From an uncultured Gammaproteobacteria bacterium (lineage in GTDB: Bacteria; Pseudomonadota; Gammaproteobacteria; Steroidobacterales; Steroidobacteraceae): DNA of 64,000 nt. The notes beneath the pieces are model-generated. The model was not told the origin of the DNA. It did not search any database and was given only the letters and a program-made list of their open reading frames with translations. How positions within the stretch are numbered: the stretch's first letter is position 1; every line of letters begins with the position of its first letter. This document shows positions 24,279-32,518 of the stretch, piece after piece. The stretch is taken from the NCBI GenBank assembly GCA_963778185.1, contig CAVZTF010000005.1, forward strand, positions 16,227 through 80,226, in the 5' to 3' direction. The position numbers and the translations under genes are program-made.

Positions 24279-25195
24279 GATTCAGTCCGGTTGCCGGCCT
24301 CGAGCCGGTCGTTGTCGATGACGAGCGTGACGTGCCGCGGCGCGCCCGCACGCACGTGGATGGGCGCGTAGGGCTCCGACTGCACGATCTCGATCAGCCC
24401 CTCGCGCAGCAGCTCGAGGATGGCGGAGAAGGTCACGGTGACGCCCATGCGCCCTTCCTCGGGACGGAAGAGCTGCACGAACTCGACGAAGGCCTGGTCG
24501 CGCAGCGCGCCGAGGACGTCGGACATGCGCTGTCGCACCGAGAGTCGCTCACGCTGGACGTGGTGGTGCGCGAACATCTCGGCGCGGCCCATCACGTCCT
24601 TCAGCGCGACCAGCATCTCCTGCAGCGTGACGTCGGGCAGCAGGCGCACCACGCGGCGCTCCGCGAGCTCGGCCGAGGCCGGGAACGTGTCGCGGTCGAT
24701 GCGCGGCAGCTGCTCGATGTCGGCGGCGGCACTCTTGAAGCGCTCGTACTCCTGCAGGCGGCGCACCAGCTCCGCGCGCGGGTCGTCCTCCTCCGTGGCC
24801 TCGCCCTGCGGCCGCGGCAGCAGCATCCGCGACTTGATCTCGGCAAGCGTCGCGGCCATCAGCATGTACTCGCCGGCCAGCTCGAGCTGCAGCTCCTGCA
24901 TCAGCTCGATGTACTGCATGTACTGCTTCGTGATCTCCGCGAGCGGGATGTCGAGGATGTCGAGGTTCTGCCGGCGGATGAGGTACAGCAGCAGGTCGAG
25001 CGGACCCTCGAACGCCTCGAGAAAGACCTGCAGCGCGTCGGGCGGGATGTAGAGGTCGCGCGGCATCTGCGTGAGCGGCTCGCCCTCCACGACGGCAAAC
25101 GGCATCTCACCCTGCTCCGCGATCTCCGCGACGTGCGGCTCCGGCGCGGCGGGCGGCGGAATGCTCTCGACGAGCCTCAAGTCGGGCTTGGTCAT
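24275..25195 (-). CDS. scpA: Segregation and condensation protein A
   Basis: FEGPLDLLLYLIRRQNLDILDIPLAEITKQYMQYI... 4-nt overlap with scpB. Confidence 0.9.
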   Translation of the reverse strand: MTKPDLRLVESIPPPAAPEPHVAEIAEQGEMPFAVVEGEPLTQMPRDLYIPPDALQVFLEAFEGPLDLLLYLIRRQNLDILDIPLAEITKQYMQYIELMQELQLELAGEYMLMAATLAEIKSRMLLPRPQGEATEEDDPRAELVRRLQEYERFKSAAADIEQLPRIDRDTFPASAELAERRVVRLLPDVTLQEMLVALKDVMGRAEMFAHHHVQRERLSVRQRMSDVLGALRDQAFVEFVQLFRPEEGRMGVTVTFSAILELLREGLIEIVQSEPYAPIHVRAGAPRHVTLVIDNDRLEAGNRTES

Positions 25196-25204
25196 GCGGA
25201 TTCC

Positions 25205-26422
25205 TCAGCGGTAGACGAGGCCCATGGCCTGCTTCACGTCGTCGAGCGTCTGCCCGGCGACGGCGCGGGCCTTCTCGCAACCCTCGGCGATGATGCCGCG
25301 CACCAGGTCGGGATTGTCCTCGTACTCCTGGGCGCGCTGGCGCATCGTCGTGATCTCCTCCACCACGCGGTCGATCAGCGGCTTCTTGCACTCGAGGCAG
25401 CCGATGCTGGCCGTGCGGCAGCCGTGGTCGACCCAGCGCCGGGTCTCTTCGCTGGAGTAGAGCTTGTGCAGGTCCCACACCGGGCATTTCTCGGGATTGC
25501 CCGGGTCCGTGCGCCGCACCCGCGCGGGATCCGTCTGCATGGTCTTGAGCTTGGCCGCGACGGCGTCGGGGTCTTCGCGCAGGCCGATCGTGTTGCCGTA
25601 GGACTTCGACATCTTGCGGCCGTCGAGCCCCGTCACCTTGGGCGTGGCGGTGAGCAGCGCGTCCGGCTCGGTCAGGATCGTCCTGCCGGTGCCCTCGAGG
25701 TAGCCCATCAGGCGCTCGCGGTCCGCGAGCGTCAGGCGCGAGTTGCCCTCGAGCAGCGCGCGCGCCTTGGCGAGCGACACTTCATCGCCCTGCTCCTGGT
25801 AGTTGCGGCGCAGCGCGCGGTAAAGGCCGGCGTTCTTCGCCCCGAGGTTCTTGACGGCCCGCTCGGCCTTGGCCTCGAAGTCCGGCTCGCGGCCGTAGAT
25901 GAAGTTGAAGCGCCGGGCAATCTCGCGGGTGATCTCGACGTGCGCGACCTGGTCCTCGCCGACCGGCACGTACATCGGCCGGTACAGGAGGATGTCCGCG
26001 CTCTGCAGCAGCGGGTAGCCCAGGAACCCGTAGGTCGCGAGGTCCTTCTCCTTGAGCTGCTCCTGCTGGTCCTTGTACGTGGGCACGCGCTCGAGCCAGC
26101 CGAGCGGCGTGATCATCGACAGCAGCAGGTGCAGTTCCGCGTGCTCCGGCACCCGCGACTGGATGAAGAGCGTGGCCACCGCCGGGTTCAGGCCCGCCGC
26201 GAGCCAGTCGATCACGATCCGCCAGGTGCTGGCCTCGATGTCCGACGTGTCGTCGTACCCGGTCGTGAGCGCGTGATAGTCGGCGATGAAGAAATAGCAG
26301 TCGTACTCGTACTGCAGCTCGGTCCAGTTCTTGAGGGCGCCGTGGTAGTTGCCGAGGTGCAGACTGCCCGTCGGTCGCATTCCCGAAAGCACGCGGCGGG
26401 GGGTCGAAACGGAGGAACTCAA
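25205..26422 (-). CDS. trpS: Tryptophan--tRNA ligase (long form)
   Basis: HIGH-type motif SLHLGNYHGA and a KMSKS motif (GRKMSKSYGN). Confidence 0.95.
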   Translation of the reverse strand: MSSSVSTPRRVLSGMRPTGSLHLGNYHGALKNWTELQYEYDCYFFIADYHALTTGYDDTSDIEASTWRIVIDWLAAGLNPAVATLFIQSRVPEHAELHLLLSMITPLGWLERVPTYKDQQEQLKEKDLATYGFLGYPLLQSADILLYRPMYVPVGEDQVAHVEITREIARRFNFIYGREPDFEAKAERAVKNLGAKNAGLYRALRRNYQEQGDEVSLAKARALLEGNSRLTLADRERLMGYLEGTGRTILTEPDALLTATPKVTGLDGRKMSKSYGNTIGLREDPDAVAAKLKTMQTDPARVRRTDPGNPEKCPVWDLHKLYSSEETRRWVDHGCRTASIGCLECKKPLIDRVVEEITTMRQRAQEYEDNPDLVRGIIAEGCEKARAVAGQTLDDVKQAMGLVYR

Positions 26423-26563
26423 GGCACACCCTCGCGACGAATTCGCCGCCTAAACATTACAAATATCAGATAGTTACAACGCCTTTCTCACGGCCGACAG
26501 AGACAGTCGCGGCCGCGGTGCCGACGCGAACGCGGGATTATACGCAGCCGCGCAGGACAGTCG

Positions 26564-27184
26564 TCATTCGAATGCGGCGACGTCGCCCTTGCCGCTGCGG
26601 ATGACCACCGGGGCCGGCCCCGACAGGTCCACGACGCTGCTGGGCTCGACACCGCCCTGGCCGCCATCGATGACGAGGTCCACCGCGTGCGCGAGCCGCT
26701 CCCTGATTTCCTGCGGGTCGGTCAGCGGCGCGGGGTCGCCGGGCAGCAGCAGCGTCGAGCTCATGATCGGCTCGCCGAGCTCGGACAGCAGCATGCGCAC
26801 GATCGCATTGTCCGGGACGCGTATGCCGATGGTGCGCCGCTTCGGGTTCTGGAGGCGCTTGGGCACTTCGCGCGTCGCCTCCAGGATGAAGGTGTAGGGC
26901 CCGGGCGTGAACGCCTTGAGCGTGCGGTACTGGATGTTGTCCACGCGGGCGTAGGTGGCGATTTCCGAGAGGTCGCGGCAGACCAGCGTGAAGTTGTGGT
27001 TCTTGTCGGTCTCGCGGATGCGTTCGATGCGCTCCATCGCCTCCTTGTCGCCCATCAGGCAACCGAGCGCGTAGCACGAATCCGTCGGGTAGACCACGAC
27101 GCTGCCGTCGCGGATGGCGGCGATCGCCTGGCGCACGAGGCGCGGCTGCGGGTTCACCGGATGTATGGAGAGCAGCAGAGCCAT
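26564..27184 (-). CDS. yciO: YciO / Sua5-YrdC-family threonylcarbamoyl-AMP synthase-like protein
   Basis: AIRDGSVVVYPTDSCYALGC...FTLVCRDLSEI...GPYTFIL...IGIRVPDN... Confidence 0.85.
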   Translation of the reverse strand: MALLLSIHPVNPQPRLVRQAIAAIRDGSVVVYPTDSCYALGCLMGDKEAMERIERIRETDKNHNFTLVCRDLSEIATYARVDNIQYRTLKAFTPGPYTFILEATREVPKRLQNPKRRTIGIRVPDNAIVRMLLSELGEPIMSSTLLLPGDPAPLTDPQEIRERLAHAVDLVIDGGQGGVEPSSVVDLSGPAPVVIRSGKGDVAAFE

Positions 27185-27272
27185 GGTTTGCGGAACGGCC
27201 GTTGGGTACGGCGAACGACTTGGCTATGATACCCGCCCCGGCCATGCGCCGCCGTTCCCCGCCCCTCCCCGA

Positions 27273-27827
27273 ATGCAGTTTTTCGTCGACCTGCTCCCGG
27301 TCATCGCCTTCTTCGTCGCCTACAAGCTGGCCGGCATCTACGTGGCCACCGCGGTGCTGATCGTCGGCGTGCTGGCCCAGACCGCGCTGAGCTGGATCCG
27401 CCACCGCAAGGTGAGCGGCATGCTGCTCACCTCGGCGGTGCTGGTGCTGGTCTTCGGCGGCCTCACGCTGCTCGTGCACGACGCCACGTTCATCAAGTGG
27501 AAGCCGAGCATCGTCAACTGGCTGTTCGCCGCCGCCTTCCTCGTGAGCGAGTTCATGCGCGGCCCGAGCATCATCCAGCGCATGCTCGGCGAGAACGTGG
27601 TGCTCGACGCGACGGACTGGCGGCGGCTCAACTTCATGTGGATCGCGTTCTTCATCGTCGCGGGCACGCTGAACCTCTTCGTCGCCTACCGCTACGACGA
27701 AGCCACGTGGGTGAACTTCAAGCTCTTCGGGCTCATGGGGCTCACGCTCGTCTTCGCCCTGCTGCAGGGCGTGTGGATCGCGCGCAAGTCCGAGCACCCG
27801 GGCACGGACGGCGAGGCCAAGCCATGA
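27273..27827 (+). CDS. yciB: Intracellular septation protein A
   Basis: MQFFVDLLPVIAFFVAYKLAGIYVATAVLIV...KWKPSIVNWLFA... A multi-TM protein. Confidence 0.9.
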   Translation: MQFFVDLLPVIAFFVAYKLAGIYVATAVLIVGVLAQTALSWIRHRKVSGMLLTSAVLVLVFGGLTLLVHDATFIKWKPSIVNWLFAAAFLVSEFMRGPSIIQRMLGENVVLDATDWRRLNFMWIAFFIVAGTLNLFVAYRYDEATWVNFKLFGLMGLTLVFALLQGVWIARKSEHPGTDGEAKP

Positions 27828-28105
27828 CCAGCACGCGCGTGGAGCGACTGACCGAAAGACTGCAGTCGGGCCTCGAGCCCGCGCAACTCGAGGTCATCGA
27901 CGACAGTCACCACCACGCGGGCCACGTTGGCGCCGCCGATGGTCGCGGGCATTTTACCGTCCTCGTCGTGTCGCAACGATTCGCAGGACTCAATACCGTG
28001 CGCCGCCACCGCCTCGTCTACGAGGTCGTCGGCGACATGATGGACACGGACATTCACGCGTTATCGATCCAGGCCCTCGCCCCCGGCGAGACGGCCCTTA
28101 CCTGA
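27824..28105 (+). CDS. BolA-family protein
   Basis: RLTERLQSGLEPAQLEVIDDSHHHAGH...FTVLVVSQRFAGLNTVRRHRLVYEVV...IHALSIQA. ATGA overlap with yciB. Confidence 0.85.
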   Translation: MTSTRVERLTERLQSGLEPAQLEVIDDSHHHAGHVGAADGRGHFTVLVVSQRFAGLNTVRRHRLVYEVVGDMMDTDIHALSIQALAPGETALT

Positions 28106-28131
28106 CCGGCATCCAACCGAAGAGGCTACCG

Positions 28132-28974
28132 ATGCGTATCAATCGTTTCCCACTCGTCCTCCTCGCCGTCACCGCACTGCTCGGTGCCTGCACTCGCCCG
28201 GCGGAGGACGCGTCCAAGGCGGCCCCCGATGCGAAGGCACCCGCCGCCGCGAAAACCGTAGCCACCGTCAACGGCAAGGTGCTCAGCAGCGAACTCTATG
28301 ACACGTTCATGCAGGCCGTGACCAACAAGCCGGCCGCGGAAGCCACCGACGAGCAGAAGACCCAGTTGCTCGACCAGCTGATCAACATGACGCTGGCTGC
28401 CCAGGTCGCCGAGAAGGAAGGCCTCGCGAAGGACCCGGTGGTGCAGTCGCGCCTCGACCTGCTCCGCACGCAGATCCTCGCGGAGGCCGCGACCGACAAG
28501 TACATCAAGGCCCACCCGGCGTCGGAGAGCGAGCTCAAGGCCGAGTACGACGCGCAGGTGGCGAACATGCCGAAGGAGTACAAGGCGCGCCACATCCTCG
28601 TCGAGAAGAAGGAGACAGCGGAGTCGCTCATTCGCGATCTGCAGGCGGGCGGCGACTTCGCCAAGCTGGCGGCCTCGGAGTCGAAGGACGCCGGCAGCGC
28701 CAAGAACGGCGGTGACCTCGGCTGGTTCGCGCCGCAGACGATGGTGAAGCCCTTTGCCGATGCCGTCGCGACGCTCGAGAAAGGCAAGATCACGCAGCAG
28801 CCGGTGCAGAGTGAGTTCGGCTTCCACGTGATCCAGCTGGAGGACGTGCGCAGCGCCGAGGCCCCGCCGTTCGAGGACGTGAAGCCCCAGGTGCAGATGT
28901 TCGCGCAGCGGAAGAAGCTGCAGGCCTACCTGGACGAGCTTCGCAAGACGGCGAAGATCCAGAAAACGAATTAA
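28132..28974 (+). CDS. Parvulin-type peptidyl-prolyl cis-trans isomerase lipoprotein
   Basis: Lipobox LLGAC. Parvulin domain YKARHILVEKKETAESLIRDLQAGGDFAKLAASESKDAGSAKNGGDLGWF...FGFHVIQLEDV. Confidence 0.88.
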   Translation: MRINRFPLVLLAVTALLGACTRPAEDASKAAPDAKAPAAAKTVATVNGKVLSSELYDTFMQAVTNKPAAEATDEQKTQLLDQLINMTLAAQVAEKEGLAKDPVVQSRLDLLRTQILAEAATDKYIKAHPASESELKAEYDAQVANMPKEYKARHILVEKKETAESLIRDLQAGGDFAKLAASESKDAGSAKNGGDLGWFAPQTMVKPFADAVATLEKGKITQQPVQSEFGFHVIQLEDVRSAEAPPFEDVKPQVQMFAQRKKLQAYLDELRKTAKIQKTN

Positions 28975-28998
28975 CTGTCAAGCCGACATTGTCGGCGG

Positions 28999-29039
28999 AA
29001 CGGCCGGCTTCCCATGCGGGTGGCCGGCCGTTTTCGTTT
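28999..29039 (+). terminator. Rho-independent terminator after the parvulin gene
   Basis: Stem AACGGCCGGC (28999-29008) / GCCGGCCGTT (29023-29032), followed by TTCGTTT. Confidence 0.75.
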
Positions 29040-29260
29040 GGGGCTGCGCAAGCCCCGACGGAGGGGCTGGATCGTGGGCGTCGAACGGTTCGACAGGATG
29101 AGTCCTGCGGCGAAAGGTCGGGCATCGCAGGTCGTGCCGCGAGGCCTTGCCCGCGTTGCAATGAGCGGGTCGACGGGCCGGAAATCAGAATTAATATTGT
29201 TTCTTAGGTATCACTCGTATCTTATTGGTTCTTGTGGATTAAAAAACCACCGTCAACGAA

Positions 29261-29278
29261 CTGTGAAGCAGGTCACAG
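29261..29278. promoter_or_regulatory. CRP/Vfr/Clp-type palindrome cTGTGA-N6-TCACAg
   Basis: Exact match to both TGTGA/TCACA half-sites with a 6-nt spacer, extended to an 18-bp palindrome. It sits inside the AT-rich leader of the island. Confidence 0.4.
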
Positions 29279-29502
29279 TTTCCAGCCCGACAGCCTTGGC
29301 CTGAGCTGCAGCCACGCATCTCGCGACTTGACATAGACGCTGGCCAGCGCGCTCGTCACCCGCCGGACGGGGTTCCTCGCGGGCGCTTTAGACATCCTCG
29401 CCAGCCCACTGAATAGCCGACGTTTTTCGCTCGGCCTCCGTGCCCGCCACTCGCAGACCGCGCCCCGGTTCCCCGACGCCGGGACCCGAATATGTTCAAC
29501 GC

Positions 29503-29530
29503 TTGACCCGTTATGTCCGGCCGATATAGT
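29503..29530 (+). promoter_or_regulatory. Candidate sigma-70 promoter for island gene A
   Basis: TTGACC (29503-29508), a 16-nt spacer, then TATAGT (29525-29530). It is 80 nt upstream of the preferred start codon. Confidence 0.35.
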
Positions 29531-29609
29531 CCGGCCAGGGAGTTAACAATAACCACTGATGTCAGCGGTAATTGCATTACGGATGGGGGAACCCGCGTTC
29601 GGGCTTGAA

Positions 29610-30449
29610 ATGAGCGAGAACTTCAAGAAACCGTTGCTTGCAGCGTGCCGGCACCTGCTGCACCCGCTCGTCCGTATTTTGTTGCGCCACGGCGTTTCCT
29701 ACGGCGAATTTTCGGACTCGGTGCGTGGCGCTTACATCGATATCGCGGCGGCTGAATTGGTGCCTCCCAACCGGCCCCAGACCGACTCGCGCCTCGCGAT
29801 CCTGACCGGCCTGACGAAGCGAGAGGTCACTCGAATTCGCACCGCAGACGCGAATGCGGACGATGCCGTCGGCCTGAATCGTATCGCCCGCGTGCTCCAA
29901 GGATGGAGCCAAGACCCTGAGTATCTCGGGCCGTACGGCCTCCCGCTCGAAGTGCCGTTTGCCGGCGAAGGCAGATCGTTTGAGCAACTGGTGTTGAAGT
30001 ACGCAGGGGACGTTTCTCCCAGAGCCCTGATTGAAGAACTGCTCCGCGTGGATGCCGCGCTGGAAACGGAGGACGGCTACGTCCGCCTGCTCAATCGAAC
30101 CTATCTGCCTACTCCGCTTGACCCAGTCGGCTTAGAGCGACTGGGAAACGTTGTCAATTTCTTCATCGACACTGTCGATAACAACCTGCAGATCAAGCGA
30201 AAGGGCGAAGGCCGCTTTGAACGTTACGCAATAACCATGGAAGGGCTGTCGCCAAGGGACTACGAGGCGTTTGACGCGTTGGTCCGAGAGAAGGCGCAGG
30301 AACTCCTCGAGATCCTGGATGACTGGCTCGGACAGCACGAGATCAAAGGTGGCCACAAGTTGTCACCGAGCGAATCCATCCGCACCGGCGTTGGGATCTT
30401 TCATTTCGTCGACAGGTCTCCGCCGAACCCGGAAGAGACGCTGCAGTAA
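29610..30449 (+). CDS. Uncharacterised protein, island paralogue A (possible HTH-containing regulator)
   Basis: ORF 29559..30449. I prefer the ATG at 29610 (MSENFKKPLLAACRHLLHPLVRILLRHGVSY) because it aligns with the N-terminus of paralogue B. It is collinear with 32519..33433 over its full length. I recognise no known family. Confidence 0.7.
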   Translation: MSENFKKPLLAACRHLLHPLVRILLRHGVSYGEFSDSVRGAYIDIAAAELVPPNRPQTDSRLAILTGLTKREVTRIRTADANADDAVGLNRIARVLQGWSQDPEYLGPYGLPLEVPFAGEGRSFEQLVLKYAGDVSPRALIEELLRVDAALETEDGYVRLLNRTYLPTPLDPVGLERLGNVVNFFIDTVDNNLQIKRKGEGRFERYAITMEGLSPRDYEAFDALVREKAQELLEILDDWLGQHEIKGGHKLSPSESIRTGVGIFHFVDRSPPNPEETLQ

Positions 30450-30512
30450 CCATCAGACTTTTTGCTACTTCCGACTTAGAGCGACGCCAAATTGAAGAAC
30501 AAGGGGACAGCG

Positions 30513-32457
30513 ATGACCGAGAAGCGCCGTTACCAAGGTATTGCACTTGCAGTGTCCTTGGCGCTTGGCACCTTTGCCGCCAGCGCATCCGCAAAGAACG
30601 CGATCGACCGGGACGCTGCCAAGGTTGAGCGCCCCAGCGCCATCATCGGCAGCGATGCGATCATCGGCAGCGACGCGATCATCGGTAGCGACGTCCAGAA
30701 GGTGAAGCGTCCAGTGCCATCATCGGCAGTGACGCGATCATCGGTAGCGACGTCCAGAAGGTGAAGCGTCCCAGTGCCATCATCGGCAGCGACGCCATCA
30801 TCGGCAGCGACGCCATCATCGGTAGCGACGTCCAAAAGGTGAAGCGTCCCAGTGCCATCATCGGCAGCGATGCGATCATCGGCAGTGACGCCATCATTGG
30901 CAGTGACGTCCAGAAGGTGAAGCGTCCCAGCGCCATCATCGGCAGCGATGCGATCATCGGCAGTGACGCGATCATCGGTAGTGACGTCCAGAAGGTGAAG
31001 CGTCCCAGTGCCATCATCGGCAGCGATGCGATCATCGGCAGTGACGCGATCATCGGTAGCGACGTCCAGAAGGTGAAGCGTCCCAGTGCCATCATCGGCA
31101 GCGATGCGATCATCGGCAGTGACGCCATCATTGGCAGTGACGTCCAGAAGGTGAGGCGTCCCAGCGCCATCATCGGCAGCGATGCGATCATCGGCAGTGA
31201 CGCCATCATCGGCAGTGACGTCCAGAAGGTGAGGCGTCCCAGCGCCATCATCGGCAGCGATGCGATCATCGGCAGTGACGCGATCATCGGTAGCGACGTC
31301 CAGAAGGTGAAGCGTCCCAGTGCCATCATCGGTAGCGATGCGATCATCGGCAGTGACGCCATCATCGGTAGCGACGTCCAGAAGGTGAAGCGTCCCAGCG
31401 CCATCATCGGCAGCGATGCGATCATCGGCAGTGACGCCATCATTGGCAGTGACGTCCAGAAGGTGAGGCGTCCCAGCGCCATCATCGGCAGCGATGCGAT
31501 CATCGGCAGTGACGCGATCATCGGTAGCGACGTCCAGAAGGTGAAGCGTCCCAGCGCCATCATCGGCAGCGACGCGATCATCGGCAGTGACGCGATCATC
31601 GGCAGTGACGTCCAGAAGGTGAGGCGTCCCAGCGCCATCATCGGCAGCGATGCGATCATCGGCAGCGATGCGATCATCGGCAGCGATGCGATCATCGGCA
31701 GTGACGCGATCATCGGTAGCGACGTCCAAAAGGTGAAGCGTCCCAGCGCCATCATCGGCAGCGATGCGATCATCGGCAGTGACGCCGATCATCGGTAGCG
31801 ACGTCCAGAAGGTGAAGCGTCCCAGCGCCATCATCGGCAGCGATGCGATCATCGGCAGTGACGCGATCATCGGTAGTGACGTCCAAAAGGTGAAGCGTCC
31901 CAGTGCCATCATCGGCAGCGGCGATCATCGGCAGCGATGCGATCATCGGCAGTGACGCCATCATCGGTAGCGACGCGATCATCGGCAGCGACGCATTCAA
32001 GGGCATTGCAAGCGACGCCTTGGTGCATGGCCCAATTGAACAAGTCAACGTCGCGACCGGCCAGGTAACGATTCTGGGCCAGCTGTATCAAGCAGCACCC
32101 AAGTCGACCGCAGTTGCGAAACTCGCGAGCCAACTCGCCAGTGGCCAGACAGCATTCGCCACGGTGCTCGGACAACCCGACAATCAGGGAAGAAATCGAG
32201 CCAGCAAGTTCTTGCTCGTTTCGCAGTCGTATGTGCCTGGAGCGAGTAAAGTGATGGTCACCGGTCGAGCCACAAACGTTGACGCTAGCAGCGGCACGTT
32301 CACAGTTGGCAAGCTGGTTGTGGACTACACGGCATTGCTGTCTACCCGCGAGGTTAGGGTCATGACAGGCGACGTCGTTGCAGTCGTGGGTCTGCAATCG
32401 GCGCAGGGCGCTCCATTGCAGGCAGTAGGCATTCGATCACCGGCGAATTTGCGATAG
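30513..32457 (+). CDS. Exported tandem-repeat protein (54 x AIIGSD); three frame breaks at 30711, 31786 and 31920
   Basis: AAGGGGA Shine-Dalgarno 7 nt before the ATG. Sec signal MTEKRRYQGIALAVSLALGTFAASASA|K. The repeat array occupies four track ORFs that join collinearly. A 154-aa non-repetitive C-terminal domain ends at the TAG at 32455-32457. Confidence 0.8.
30639..31992 (+). repeat. Coding tandem-repeat array with an 18-bp sub-unit and a 78-bp super-unit
   Basis: 54 copies of GC[G/C]ATCAT[C/T]GG[C/T]AG[C/T]GA[C/T], grouped into 17 blocks separated by 16 copies of GTCCA[G/A]AAGGTGA[A/G]GCGTCCCAG[C/T]. Confidence 0.95.
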
Positions 32458-32518
32458 GGCCGCTGTCGACGTTGGAAATGTGGCCCCTCCGGGCGGCAAG
32501 TCCGCGAGGTCGGTGCAA

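Noticed and set aside
29356-29577. 73-aa minus-strand ORF in the island leader.
   Set aside because: It has no ribosome-binding site, an odd Gly/Arg-rich composition and no recognisable motif, and it overlaps the putative promoter of gene A.
30530-31912. Long antisense ORFs across the repeat array (..DDRIAADDGAGTLHLLDVATDD.. and ..MIASLPMMALGRFTFWTSLP..).
   Set aside because: Any tandem repeat whose unit is a multiple of 3 stays open in several frames. Inter-unit variation is silent only in the plus-strand AIIGSD frame. Only the plus strand has a Shine-Dalgarno, a signal peptide and a non-repetitive C-terminal domain.
30639-31992. Possible CRISPR array.
   Set aside because: There are no unique spacers: the 24-bp 'spacer' is itself a repeat. 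The units are 18 and 78 bp, are in frame, and are under protein-level constraint. There are no cas genes or leader.
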